NCBI GenBank assembly: GCA_963719315.1 | Contig: CAVRBU010000011.1 | Location: 64,001 to 128,000, forward strand | Reading direction: 5' to 3' | DNA length: 64,000 nucleotides | Source: an uncultured Planctomycetota bacterium | GTDB lineage: Bacteria; Planctomycetota; Planctomycetia; Pirellulales; Lacipirellulaceae | Shown: positions 9,428 to 19,008 of the stretch, one piece after another | Position numbering within the stretch: the stretch's first letter is position 1 | Layout: every line of letters begins with the position of its first letter | Program-made: the position numbers and the translations under genes | The notes under the pieces: model-generated | The model's input: the letters and a program-made list of their open reading frames with translations, nothing else | The model's database searches: none | What the model was told of the DNA's origin: nothing

Positions 9428-9504
9428 GGGGTTCGGGGGTCAGGGTTCAGCCTCAATTCGAGGCCCTCTTTAATTTGTAGCCCGAACCCTAAACTCTGAA
9501 CCCT
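9428..9504. repeat. Heptamer inverted-repeat hairpin (GGGTTCR)
   Basis: GGGGTTCGGGGGTCAGGGTTCAG ... CCCGAACCCTAAACTCTGAACCCT. Confidence 0.75.
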
Positions 9505-9526
9505 GCGACTGTAAAGGAAGCCCGCC

Positions 9527-9916
9527 ATGGCCGACGAAGAAGACGACGATGATGTGTACGATGAGGAATTCGATTTCGTGGACGATGACGACGAAGTCGC
9601 CGACGACGCAGAGGAAGCGTCCGCCGATGATTCGGACCTCGCCGACGAGCCAGCCGATGAGCGGGCGGCGGATGACGCCGACGCGGACGATGCGGAAGAG
9701 CCGGTCAATGAAGATGAATACGGTCGGACCGAGCCAGTTGCAAACTACTTGGTGCACGTGTACGAGCACAAGAAATTCAAGCGGACGATCGACCGGCCAT
9801 TCACGCCGGAGGATGCCGAGGCGTTTGCAACCGAATTCAATCGCACCTCGAAGAACTATAGCCGTTTCGCGCTGACGGGCAAAAACGACGCGAAGCCGAA
9901 GAAGTCGTTGGACTAA
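9527..9916 (+). CDS. Hypothetical protein with highly acidic N-terminus
   Basis: About 65 D/E-rich residues then a small globular C-terminus; AAGGAAG upstream. Confidence 0.7.
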   Translation: MADEEDDDDVYDEEFDFVDDDDEVADDAEEASADDSDLADEPADERAADDADADDAEEPVNEDEYGRTEPVANYLVHVYEHKKFKRTIDRPFTPEDAEAFATEFNRTSKNYSRFALTGKNDAKPKKSLD

Positions 9917-9930
9917 GCGGCGCTGAATCA

Positions 9931-10011
9931 AACCGCCAACAACGCCGGGGTCGCCAAGAAGAGCTATTGATATTTCCTGCAATACTTGGCGTCCTTGGTG
10001 ACTTGGCGGTT
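9931..10011. repeat. 9-mer inverted-repeat element (CGCCAAG family)
   Basis: AACCGCCAAC...TCGCCAAG ... CTTGGCGTCCTTGGTGACTTGGCGGTT. Confidence 0.75.
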
Positions 10012-10097
10012 CAAGTTTTCGGGCGCCTTTGATCTTCATCGCTTTTTCTTTGTGTTCTTCGTGTCATCTTGGTAGATCATTCGACGAGGTAGTGGAC

Positions 10098-10961
10098 GTG
10101 GTTCTCAGATCGCGAGTCGTCGTGCGTAGCCTGATTAGTTTGGCGTTGTTGGCGATCGTCGTTGCTGCGCCCTGTTCTGCCTTGGCGGAGTTGCCCGCGG
10201 AGATTCGCGTCGTCACGTACAACATCCACCACGGCGAAGGCGTGGATGGCAAGTTCGATCTGCCGCGGATCGCCAAGGTGATGCTGGCCGAGAAGCCCGA
10301 CATCATCGCGCTGCAGGAAGTGGATCAAAAGACGCGGCGGGCGAGCGGCGTCGATCAACCGGCCGAGTTCGCCCGGCTGACCGACATGCAGGCCGTATTC
10401 GGCCGAAACATCGACTTCGACGGCGGCGGGTACGGCACGGCCGTGCTCACGAAGCTGCCCGTGCGATCGCACGAGAGAGTGAAGCTGAAGTCTTATTACC
10501 CGCCGACCGCGACGAATCCGGAGCAACGCGGCGTACAGGTCATCGAACTGGGGGATAAGGACGGGCCGGGACTATTGTTCCTATGCACGCATCTCGATTT
10601 TCGGCCGCCCGACGGCGAGCGGATGAATTCCGCGCTCACGATCAACGAGCTCATCCAAAAACGCGGCAGTGAGTTGGCGATTATCGCGGGCGATTTCAAC
10701 GCCACGCCGGCGAGCCGTCCGATTCGCGAGTTCGCAAAGGTATGGAAAATCGCGGGCGATGTCGGTGGCGTTCCGAGCGGCGAAAGCGCGAGCAACTCGA
10801 AGCCGCTGTTCACGTTTCCTTCGGAAAATCCGGATCGCCGAATCGACTACGTGTTGTATCGGCCCGCGGATCGGTGGCAGGTCGTTGAAGTCCGCGTACT
10901 GGACGAGCCTGTGGCTTCCGATCATCGCCCGCTCTTGGCGGTGTTACGGCGAGTACCCTGA
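10098..10961 (+). CDS. Endonuclease/exonuclease/phosphatase family protein (secreted)
   Basis: TYNIH, LQEVD, GDFN, IDYV and SDH motifs; signal peptide; start uncertain. Confidence 0.9.
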   Translation: MVLRSRVVVRSLISLALLAIVVAAPCSALAELPAEIRVVTYNIHHGEGVDGKFDLPRIAKVMLAEKPDIIALQEVDQKTRRASGVDQPAEFARLTDMQAVFGRNIDFDGGGYGTAVLTKLPVRSHERVKLKSYYPPTATNPEQRGVQVIELGDKDGPGLLFLCTHLDFRPPDGERMNSALTINELIQKRGSELAIIAGDFNATPASRPIREFAKVWKIAGDVGGVPSGESASNSKPLFTFPSENPDRRIDYVLYRPADRWQVVEVRVLDEPVASDHRPLLAVLRRVP

Positions 10962-11160
10962 AATCTTGGCGACGCCGACAATTCGTCGCGAGGCGCACTT
11001 GGCTCGGGCAATTCTGCTGGCAGGGACCGTCTTCATACTGTCCATCTGCCCCGCCGCAATCGTTCATTGAAGTCGCGGCGGATTTGTTCGCTGGCTCGGC
11101 GATTGCGGCATATAAATCCAAAGGACAGTTCCGCAAATTCATTCGGAAAGGAGTGGCAAA

Positions 11161-11664
11161 ATGACGCAGCGCATTAATTACTCGAAAGCCTCGCCAACCG
11201 CGGTGAAGGCCATGTTCGGGTTGCAAGCGGCGGTGGATCATTCGGGGCTGGAGCAATCGCTGTTGGAGCTATTGAAAATGCGGGCGTCGCAGATCAACGG
11301 CTGCGCGCATTGCATCGAGATGCACTTCAAGGACGCCAAGGCGCAGGGCGAAAGGGACGAGCGGTTGTACCTCCTGGACGCATGGAGGGAGGCGCCTTTC
11401 TATTCGGCTCGCGAGCGGGCCGCGCTGTTGTGGTGCGAGACGCTGACGCTCATCGCCGAGCGCAGCGCGCCGGACGAGGTGTTTAAAGAAGTGCGGAAAC
11501 AGTTTAACGACGAAGAGCTTGTGGATCTCACGCTGGCGATCGTCACGATCAACAGTTGGAACCGCTTCGCGATCGGGTTCCGCGCCGATGTGGGGCACTA
11601 CCAGCCAGGCGACGTCGTCAAAGCGATGAAGGCGACACGCGAGAAAGTGGCGGCGTCAGTGTGA
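11161..11664 (+). CDS. Carboxymuconolactone decarboxylase/AhpD family protein
   Basis: RASQINGCAHC motif and INSWNR; AAGGAG RBS. Confidence 0.9.
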   Translation: MTQRINYSKASPTAVKAMFGLQAAVDHSGLEQSLLELLKMRASQINGCAHCIEMHFKDAKAQGERDERLYLLDAWREAPFYSARERAALLWCETLTLIAERSAPDEVFKEVRKQFNDEELVDLTLAIVTINSWNRFAIGFRADVGHYQPGDVVKAMKATREKVAASV

Positions 11665-12559
11665 TGCTTTGCTGTTCCACGTTCTCTTGAACGGCTGCTC
11701 GAAGGTGTCCGCGCGGACGTGCGCGAGCATCCATCGGCGTTTGGTAAAAAAATTGCCTTGGCCGCCACCACGACATCCCGACCAGTGTGATCAGCAGCAA
11801 CACAGCCGGCGCCGGTTCGGGCACGTTCGCCGAATCGGCGACGCCACTGGCAGTCCCGCTGCTTAAACCAGCTTGGCCGAAGTGTTCACGCCAGGCCGTA
11901 TAGTCGGTCTCATTGATGACGTTGTCGTTATTGGAATCGGCCTTGAGTCCCTCGCCTGTATGGGCGTACGTGTGCCGCCAGACGACGTAATCGGCCGCAT
12001 CGACGATGCCGTTGTCGTTGTAGTCGCCGAGGACGTAGCTCAGGATGCCGCGAATCTCGCCGTCGGGAAAGGCTGACGTGTGGATGTCGAAGTAGGCTTT
12101 TCCATTGTTGAGAGCTGCTGCAAGACCGTTGTAAGCGGTGCTAATCGTTCCGCCGCTGCTGGTGATAAAGGCGGGGTTGTAGGTGGATGCTAGTGCGAGA
12201 TCGAATTCGCCTTCATAGCTTCCGGATGAAACGCCTTCGGGAAAGTCTGTGAATGTGGGAAGTTGTGTGGCCGGGTCGGCGACGCCGATGCCGGCGAGCG
12301 CGGTCGGAGCGTGGATGTGGGCTTCGGTGACCGTGCCGAGCAGGCCTTCGAATGCGGTTTCGATTTCCAATACGTTTTCGTCGAAGTCAATGGCAATGAC
12401 GGCGTGGCCGGAGGCGGTGGAGGCGTTGGGCGGCGACTCGGCAGGGCCGGTGAGGTTTGCGGTGTAGCGGAAATGGTGTGCCGAGGCTGGCACAGTTGCT
12501 CCGAAGAAAAAGGCAGCGAGAAGGAGAGCGCGCGATGCCATATGGCAAGCATTCAACAT
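11618..12559 (-). CDS. CHRD domain protein with dockerin-like module and PEP-CTERM
   Basis: AHIH and IHTSAFPDGEIRG (CHRD); GDYNDNGIVDAADYVVWR; VPEP plus TM. The 3' end may be over-extended. Confidence 0.85.
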   Translation of the reverse strand: MLNACHMASRALLLAAFFFGATVPASAHHFRYTANLTGPAESPPNASTASGHAVIAIDFDENVLEIETAFEGLLGTVTEAHIHAPTALAGIGVADPATQLPTFTDFPEGVSSGSYEGEFDLALASTYNPAFITSSGGTISTAYNGLAAALNNGKAYFDIHTSAFPDGEIRGILSYVLGDYNDNGIVDAADYVVWRHTYAHTGEGLKADSNNDNVINETDYTAWREHFGQAGLSSGTASGVADSANVPEPAPAVLLLITLVGMSWWRPRQFFYQTPMDARARPRGHLRAAVQENVEQQSITLTPPLSRVSPSSL

Positions 12560-12676
12560 TAAGGCGACCGGATTCGTGTCCTCACGAATGCGCGGCGAAG
12601 AGTCGGCGTTTTTCGATTCCAGCGCCCGGCGCTCGATTGCGCCGGGCGTTGGAAGATACGATTAGCAATCGAAAAG

Positions 12677-13273
12677 CTATGCCCGACGCCGACGCGCGGT
12701 GCTGAAAAGTCCGACGGCGCCCAACGCGAGAAGGATGCAGGTTGCCGGTTCTGGGACTGGGATTAGAAAACCGCGGATTTCGCCGCCAGGGACCACCGAT
12801 GTGTGGATGTTCCAGTAGGACTTGCCAGCAGCTATGGCCGCCACAAGTGCTGCTTCTGCTGAGGCAGTCGTGCCGCCGTTTGCTGACACGTACGACGGGT
12901 TGTAGCTGGAAGCCAGGGTTAGATCCAAAGTGCTGTCATACGAGCCCGAGGTCACACCGAGAGGAAAGCCAGCAAACGTGGGCGTCGTCGTGGCTACGCC
13001 GGCTGTGCTGACAAAAGGCACAACTGTCGGGGCGTGAATATGCGATGCGGTTGTCGTGCCGAGCAAACCGCTAAACGAAACGTTGACATGCAGCGTGTGG
13101 GCCAAGTCGTCGTAGTCGACGGTACCATAGCCGGTGCCAGGCGAGGCGTTGGGCGGCGACTCGCTAGGGCCGTCCAAAATGGCTTCGTAGTTGAATACGG
13201 TCGCGAACGCGGCAGGCGTTCCGACAAATAGCGCCAGGGCGAGTGTTAAGAATAGCCATCGGTTGGGATTCAT
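12677..13273 (-). CDS. CHRD domain PEP-CTERM protein
   Basis: SHIH and NIHTSVVPGGEIRG; VPEPAT, TM and RRRR tail. Confidence 0.88.
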   Translation of the reverse strand: MNPNRWLFLTLALALFVGTPAAFATVFNYEAILDGPSESPPNASPGTGYGTVDYDDLAHTLHVNVSFSGLLGTTTASHIHAPTVVPFVSTAGVATTTPTFAGFPLGVTSGSYDSTLDLTLASSYNPSYVSANGGTTASAEAALVAAIAAGKSYWNIHTSVVPGGEIRGFLIPVPEPATCILLALGAVGLFSTARRRRA

Positions 13274-13472
13274 TAGACGTCTCCACTCGATCGTGAAGCG
13301 GCGCGCCGAGCTGGCAACTTGGCGTTGGGCCGCGCGATCGGCATTGAACAAACGGTCACCCCTGACGGCGAGCAGTATAGAGTTGCTAAGGGGAAAGTAC
13401 AAGTAATTCTCCCAAAATGTGGGAAATAGCTTGCAATTGCAGCAGTTGACGAAGGTTGGGCGGCGTCGCGAG

Positions 13473-13510
13473 CATGCTTTCGCCGCTGAAGCGGCGAAAG
13501 CATGGCACTC
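13473..13510. repeat. REP-like palindrome (GRGTGCCATGCT family)
   Basis: Perfect 14-bp stem CATGCTTTCGCCGC/GCGGCGAAAGCATG followed by GCACTC. Confidence 0.65.
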
Positions 13511-13531
13511 AACGATCGGAAGATTCGCCGA

Positions 13532-14782
13532 TCAAAATTCCGGCTGAATATTCTTGAGCCGGGCTTCGGTTTCCGCCATCAGGGCGTCTTCGCCCGCTTC
13601 ATTCGCGGCTTCGTAGGTCGCGCTGAAACGCAGGAAGGGGCCTGCATCATCCCAGGGCACCGTGCAGATTGATTGCTCGGTGATGAGATACTGGCTGGCG
13701 GCTTCGGCATTTTCGAAATCAATGCGGCCACCGCCCGCTGCCCCGTTCGCGAAGGCCCGCGGCGACGGCGCATAGAGAAAATACGTGCCGCCCGGCATCT
13801 TGCATTTGAAGCCGCAGCGCTGGAGCGTGGCGACGAGTTTTTCGAGGCGGCGTTTGTACTTGGTGCGTGTGTGTTTGGGGATGGCGGGGTCGTCGAGGCC
13901 GGCGATGGCGGCTTTTTGGATGGCGATGAATTGACCAGAGTCGAAGTTGTCTTTCACATTGCCGTAGGCGCTGACGATCCGCTCGTGGCCGCAGACCCAG
14001 CCGATCCGCCAGCCGATCATGTCGAACGCCTTCGACATCGAGTGGGCTTCGACGCCGACATCGCGGGCGCCGGGGATGGCGAGGAAACTGTTGGGTGCGC
14101 GATCGTAGCTCAACACACCGTGGGCAGCGTCCTGAACGATCACCAGTTCGTGCTTCTTGGCGAACGCGATGGCCCGCTCATAAAACTCGGGCGGCGCCGT
14201 GCGCCCCGTCGGGCTATTTGGGTAGCAAAGGACGAGCAGCTTGGCCTTCGCGCGAACATCGATCGGGATGCCGTCGAGATCGGGCAGAAAATCGTTCTCG
14301 GTTGTGAGCGGCAATTTGTAGACCACGCCGCCGTAATACGCCGTGTGCGTGCCGGCGATCGGGTAGCCGGGGACGGTCATCAGCGTGACATCGCCTGGGT
14401 TGATGAAGCAAGCCGGCAGCATCGCGAGCGCGTTCTTAGAGCCGATGCAGGGAATCAGTTCGGTCGCCGGGTCGAGAGCGACGGCGTATTCGCGCTGCAT
14501 GAAGCGGGCGGCCGCCTCGCGGAAGGCGGGGATGCCGTTATCCGAGTAGCCGCGGTTTTCGGGCTTGTTGATTTCCTCGGCCATCCGCCGGCGGACGACC
14601 GCCGGGGCCATCTCGTCGTTCTCGCCAATGCCGAAATCGAGCAGCTTCCGCTCCGGATGATCGGCGAGCGCCTTCCGCTTGGCGCGTTTGATCTTCTCGA
14701 ACTTGTAAATGGCGGTGCCCTTGCCGTAATTGGCGCCGCCAATGCGATCGGCAAACAGCGATTGGAAATAGGGGTCGGACAT
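13532..14782 (-). CDS. dapL: LL-diaminopimelate aminotransferase
   Basis: FADRIGG-YKFEKIKRAK N-terminus, YPNSPTG, HSMSK PLP lysine, NFDSGQF. Confidence 0.85.
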   Translation of the reverse strand: MSDPYFQSLFADRIGGANYGKGTAIYKFEKIKRAKRKALADHPERKLLDFGIGENDEMAPAVVRRRMAEEINKPENRGYSDNGIPAFREAAARFMQREYAVALDPATELIPCIGSKNALAMLPACFINPGDVTLMTVPGYPIAGTHTAYYGGVVYKLPLTTENDFLPDLDGIPIDVRAKAKLLVLCYPNSPTGRTAPPEFYERAIAFAKKHELVIVQDAAHGVLSYDRAPNSFLAIPGARDVGVEAHSMSKAFDMIGWRIGWVCGHERIVSAYGNVKDNFDSGQFIAIQKAAIAGLDDPAIPKHTRTKYKRRLEKLVATLQRCGFKCKMPGGTYFLYAPSPRAFANGAAGGGRIDFENAEAASQYLITEQSICTVPWDDAGPFLRFSATYEAANEAGEDALMAETEARLKNIQPEF

Positions 14783-14828
14783 ACGTGATAAGTTAACGGA
14801 AGGGCCGACGAGCAACAACGGGGCGGCA

Positions 14829-14952
14829 TAGCGTCGGCGACGACGCCGAATCAACATGCGGAATGGTCGCGTTACCGGCGGTAGATTCGGTCTGGCGACC
14901 GACGCTAACGCGGGAACACGCCATTTAGCGTCGGCGGCCACGCGGAATCTAC
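14829..14952. repeat. Cluster of three REPs upstream of RAYT1 (GTAGATTCGG...CCGACGCTAA)
   Basis: Copies at 14829-14855 (-), 14881-14908 (+) and 14925-14952 (-); fourth copy at 15614-15641. Confidence 0.8.
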
Positions 14953-14980
14953 TTGAAATCCGCGCGACATCCTCTACACT
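14953..14980 (+). promoter_or_regulatory. Sigma70-like promoter, leaderless, for RAYT1
   Basis: TTGAAA-16 nt-TACACT-7 nt-ATG. Confidence 0.55.
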
Positions 14981-14987
14981 ATCGCGC

Positions 14988-15579
14988 ATGTTAGGTTGGC
15001 ACCTGATCTTTTCCGTGTACGGCTTCTGGCTCCCCAACGACGAGCGCGGCAGTGGCTCGGTCCGGGTGCGTGCACAGCACATCTACGACGCGGGTGGCAA
15101 GGCGACAAAAGTCCACACGACGCACAGTGTCGCGCATCGGCCGCACGATGTGCGATTGCGGAAAATGGCCAAGGAATCGCTCACGTATCCCGCGGTGGAA
15201 CTGTCCGGCCTCCAGGCGCGGGCGGTGACACGCTGGATCGCGGCGATTTGTCCAAAGATCGAATTGGTCGTTCATGCGTGTGCGATCATGCCGGATCATG
15301 TGCACGTGGTCGTCGCCGCGCATCGATTCAACGGCGACGAGTTGATCGCATGTTTGAAGCGCACCGGCACGCGCGGAATGAACGACGAAGGCCTGCATCC
15401 GATGCGAAATCATTCGCGCAAGCGGCAGGTTGCCGAGCCCTTGGGCGGGACGCGGATGGAAAGTGATGCAGTTCAACCCGGAGCAAATGCGGGCCGCCAT
15501 TCGGTATGTGGAAGAGAATCCGGTGCGGGCCGGATTCAAGCGGCAGCAATGGTCTTTTGTGGCGCCGTATTTGGGGTAG
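14988..15579 (+). mobile_element. REP-associated tyrosine (Y1/HUH) transposase RAYT1 (frameshift near 15420)
   Basis: WHLIFSVYGFWLPND, MPDHVH (HUH) and, in the shifted frame, AIRYVEENP with the catalytic Tyr; flanked by REPs. Confidence 0.85.
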
Positions 15580-15613
15580 TGCGGGAGGGCGGAATGGGCG
15601 GCGTCGGTCGGCG

Positions 15614-15641
15614 GTGGATTCGGTCTGGCGACCGACGCTAA
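15614..15641 (+). repeat. REP downstream of RAYT1
   Basis: GTGGATTCGGTCTGGCGACCGACGCTAA, 27/28 identical to 14881-14908. Confidence 0.85.
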
Positions 15642-15645
15642 GAAT

Positions 15646-16548
15646 TTAGTATTCCGTGTTGCCGTAATAGCCAACGGCGCTCAAATTCGTACGCTGTTTT
15701 ACTAAAGCGACGATCGCATCCACTTCCGTGTCGGTAAGCGGAGCGACGTACGACTCCGTCGGACGACGGGCGACGGTGTAAACTTGCACGAGCTTCAGTT
15801 GCCCGCCGGCCGCCATGATTTCGTTGAGCCGGTCGCAAAACGCTTCCAGTTCCGTACCGGCGGGCGGCTCGCCTGCCACGCGCATGAACAGCGATTGAAT
15901 AACCAGTGGCCGCACACGCGCCGCCGCGGTGATGTTGTCCAGGATCTGTCGAAACGGAATCGGCGTCCTCTCAATGAGGTGGTAGTACTCGTCCGTGCCT
16001 GCTTCGAGCTTGGCCCAAATCTCGCCATTGTTCTCATCCAAAATTGACAAACCGCGCTGGACGTGCGGCCGATGGAACATGCTGGCGTTCGTGATGAGGA
16101 CCATTTTGAGGGGGGCGGGACGAGGGTCGAGGGTCGAGAGGCGGAGTTGAGATTCCACTTCCCTCTTGACGCTCGCGCATTGCTCGATCAATTCATCGAA
16201 GTTCTTGTACGTTGTCGGCTCGCCATCGCCTGAGAACGCAATGTCGTTGAGCCGGCGGAGCTGCGGCGGCACATCGGCAAACTTTGGCGTGTCGTAGATG
16301 CGGCCAGAGGCCACCAGCTCCAGCGTCCAACGAAGCTCTTCCAACAGCGCGGCCATTTCGACGAAGCGGGTCTCGCTCTGGCTGCGGCGATCGACCTGGC
16401 AATAGATGCAGTCGAAGTTACAAATCTTGTCGGGGTTGAGATTCACGCCCACCGAAATGCCGCCACTCCGCCGGCTGAGGACCGGGTACACGAACCGATT
16501 GTGCTCGAAGAGCCGGGCGTGATCGGTGTGGAGTTGGTGGGTGGACAC
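15646..16548 (-). CDS. Radical SAM protein (COG0731-like)
   Basis: CNFDCIYC motif, SRRSGGISVGVNL, FSGDGEPT; GTG start inferred. Confidence 0.85.
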   Translation of the reverse strand: MSTHQLHTDHARLFEHNRFVYPVLSRRSGGISVGVNLNPDKICNFDCIYCQVDRRSQSETRFVEMAALLEELRWTLELVASGRIYDTPKFADVPPQLRRLNDIAFSGDGEPTTYKNFDELIEQCASVKREVESQLRLSTLDPRPAPLKMVLITNASMFHRPHVQRGLSILDENNGEIWAKLEAGTDEYYHLIERTPIPFRQILDNITAAARVRPLVIQSLFMRVAGEPPAGTELEAFCDRLNEIMAAGGQLKLVQVYTVARRPTESYVAPLTDTEVDAIVALVKQRTNLSAVGYYGNTEY

Positions 16549-16550
16549 GG

Positions 16551-16599
16551 GGATGCAGGATGCAGGATGCAGGATACGGGGGACAGGGGACAGGGGACA
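16551..16599. repeat. Heptamer tandem repeats (GGATGCA x3, GGATACG, GGGGACA x3)
   Basis: Direct reading of the sequence. Confidence 0.85.
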
Positions 16600-16709
16600 G
16601 GGAGTGACGCGCGCCAATACCATCATAGGTCGGGCGCAGCGTAAGTCGAGTGCGGCGACGCAGCCCGTTCAATCGCCGCTGGCGGCTTAGCGGTAGCGGC
16701 GTATCGGCG

Positions 16710-18872
16710 TCACGCGCTCTCGCGATAGCCGAAGTGGCACAGCCGGCGATAGAGGTCGCAGCGGGCCACCAGTTCGTCGTGCGTGCCGGTGTCGATGATC
16801 TTGCCGTGGTCCATGACGACCACGCGGTCGGCCAGCGAAATCATGCTCACGCGGTGCGTGATCATGAACGTGGTGCGGTCGCGCGAGAATTCCTTGAGCA
16901 CCTCGAATATGAGTTGCTCGCTTTCGATGTCGATCTGGCTGGTCGCTTCGTCGAGCAGCAGGATTTCCGGATCGCGGAGAATCGCGCGGGCCAGCGAGAT
17001 GCGTTGCCGCTGACCGCCGGAGAGGCGGCCGCCGCCGGGGCCGACGGGCGTTTGATAGCCATCCGGCAGTTTTTCGGTGATGAACGAGTGGGCGTGGGCC
17101 TTGCGCGCGGCCGCTTCGATTTCTGCCTTGGTGGCATCCGGTTTGCCGTAACGAATGTTGTTCTCGACCGTGTCGTTGAGCATCAAGATTTCCTGCGACA
17201 CGAGACCGAACCGGCTCCGCAGGTCGCGCTGGCGGACATTGCGAATATCGGTCCCTTCGATCGTGACGCGGCCGGCGGATGGGTCGTAGAACCGCGGCAG
17301 CAGTTGCATGAGTGTGGTCTTGCCACAGCCGTTGGGGCCGACGATGGCGATCGTTTCGCCGGCGCAAACGTCCAAATCGACGCCGCGAAGCACCGGCTTC
17401 TCCGGATGATAGTGGAAACTGACGTTTTCGAAACGTAAGCTCCGTTTCAACGCCGGCAACGGAACGGCCTCAACCGGATCGACGATCGTGGGTTCGCGAT
17501 CAAGCACCTGGTACACGCGGTCGGCGGCGGCCACGGCTTGCTGGATATTGCTGAATTCGCCCGACAGACGGCGGGCCGGATCGCTCATTCCAGCCAGCAT
17601 GGCGAAGAAGATGCTCATCTCGCCGTGCGTCAGTGCGATGTCGCTGATCTTAATGCCCAGGATGTGCGTGTGTTGTCCGAGGACCAGGTAACCGCCCATC
17701 ACCGCCGCCAAGAGGACCATGGCAATGCCCAAGGTTTCGATCACGGGGCCGACCAGGGAGTTGTAGGCGGCAATCCGCATTTGGCGATGATAGTAAACCT
17801 TGGAGGATTGATGAAACTTGTTGCGTTCGGCGGGTTCCATAGTGAAGGCTTTGATGAGCTTGATGCCGCCGAGCGTCTCCGAGAGCGTTTCGTAGATCGA
17901 GGAGAGCTCCTGCATTGCCTTGCGATGCGTGCGCTTGAGCGCTTTGCCCAGCCAGTGAATCGAGTAGCCGGCGACGGGCGCGATGATGATCGTAATTAGC
18001 AGTAGTTGCCAACTAATCCAAGCGGCGATGGCGAAGCAGGCAATGACCTTAAGCGGCTCCAGCAACGCCTGGCCGAATAGGCGCTGCACACCTTGGGTGA
18101 TCGAATTCAAGTCGGTCGTACAGCGATTCATGAGGTCGCCGCGGCCAGCCTCGGTGAAATTGGCCATGTCGAGCCGCAGCACCTGCCGATAGAAATCCAT
18201 TCGCAGGTCGTAGCCTACGATGTTGCCGAGCCGCGCTACGACGATGGCGTTCCAAATCCGGAACGCGTTTTTCAAGATCGTGCAGGCGACCACAAACAAA
18301 CAGACGGCCAGCAGCGTTCCGAAGGGCGTGGTGGGCATCCAGCGGCGTGCGGCCGGCGAGATCCAAGCGAATCTTGCGGCCCGCTGGCGATAGACTTTGG
18401 CGTGGTATTCGGTCTCGCCGATTTCTTGAGTTACTTTGGCGGCGACGTGGTCGGCTGGAACGGTGGCGAATGTTTCCAAGCGGCGGATGTCGTTCTCGAG
18501 CCGCGTCTTTTCGGCGATTTGCACATCATCCCAGGTGCCGGCGGATTTCTTGATGTGCGCGGCCAATTCGGTCCGACGACGCTCGATCTCCGACCGAATG
18601 TTCTTCTGGACCTCGGCGGCACTTTCCGATCGCAGCTTTTGAAGCTGAGCCAGCCAGCGGTCGGAATCTTTGACTTCCCGCTGTGCCTCGTCCACTTTCT
18701 GATCGATCCAATCCGGCAGCGAGTGATCGTTCATGATCACTTCAACGACCGGAAAGACGGCGGTGAGGCCGCCACCCCAGAGCAACGCGATGACGACCGA
18801 CGTAAAGACGCAGGTCAGCATCGTGAAGCGGTGTGTGATGGCGATTTTGAGAGCGCGAGTGAAGTTGTGCAT
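16710..18872 (-). CDS. ABC exporter, fused TMD-NBD (MsbA-like) with large periplasmic insertion
   Basis: GPNGCGKT, LSGGQRQR and LLLDEATS motifs; TM helices. Confidence 0.92.
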   Translation of the reverse strand: MHNFTRALKIAITHRFTMLTCVFTSVVIALLWGGGLTAVFPVVEVIMNDHSLPDWIDQKVDEAQREVKDSDRWLAQLQKLRSESAAEVQKNIRSEIERRRTELAAHIKKSAGTWDDVQIAEKTRLENDIRRLETFATVPADHVAAKVTQEIGETEYHAKVYRQRAARFAWISPAARRWMPTTPFGTLLAVCLFVVACTILKNAFRIWNAIVVARLGNIVGYDLRMDFYRQVLRLDMANFTEAGRGDLMNRCTTDLNSITQGVQRLFGQALLEPLKVIACFAIAAWISWQLLLITIIIAPVAGYSIHWLGKALKRTHRKAMQELSSIYETLSETLGGIKLIKAFTMEPAERNKFHQSSKVYYHRQMRIAAYNSLVGPVIETLGIAMVLLAAVMGGYLVLGQHTHILGIKISDIALTHGEMSIFFAMLAGMSDPARRLSGEFSNIQQAVAAADRVYQVLDREPTIVDPVEAVPLPALKRSLRFENVSFHYHPEKPVLRGVDLDVCAGETIAIVGPNGCGKTTLMQLLPRFYDPSAGRVTIEGTDIRNVRQRDLRSRFGLVSQEILMLNDTVENNIRYGKPDATKAEIEAAARKAHAHSFITEKLPDGYQTPVGPGGGRLSGGQRQRISLARAILRDPEILLLDEATSQIDIESEQLIFEVLKEFSRDRTTFMITHRVSMISLADRVVVMDHGKIIDTGTHDELVARCDLYRRLCHFGYRESA

Positions 18873-19008
18873 GGGTCGATCGTCGCAATTTAGCCGCGAT
18901 GCTACGCATCGCCGGCCGCTGGCGCTGCTGGCGGGAGCGATTGAATTGGCTGGGTCGCAGGTTGTAGCAAAGTAACGACGGGGCTCCAAGGGCGGCCGGA
19001 TGCTAGCG

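Noticed and set aside
14829..14952. CRISPR-like array
   Set aside because: The repeats alternate in orientation with irregular spacing and flank a Y1 transposase; no cas genes are present.
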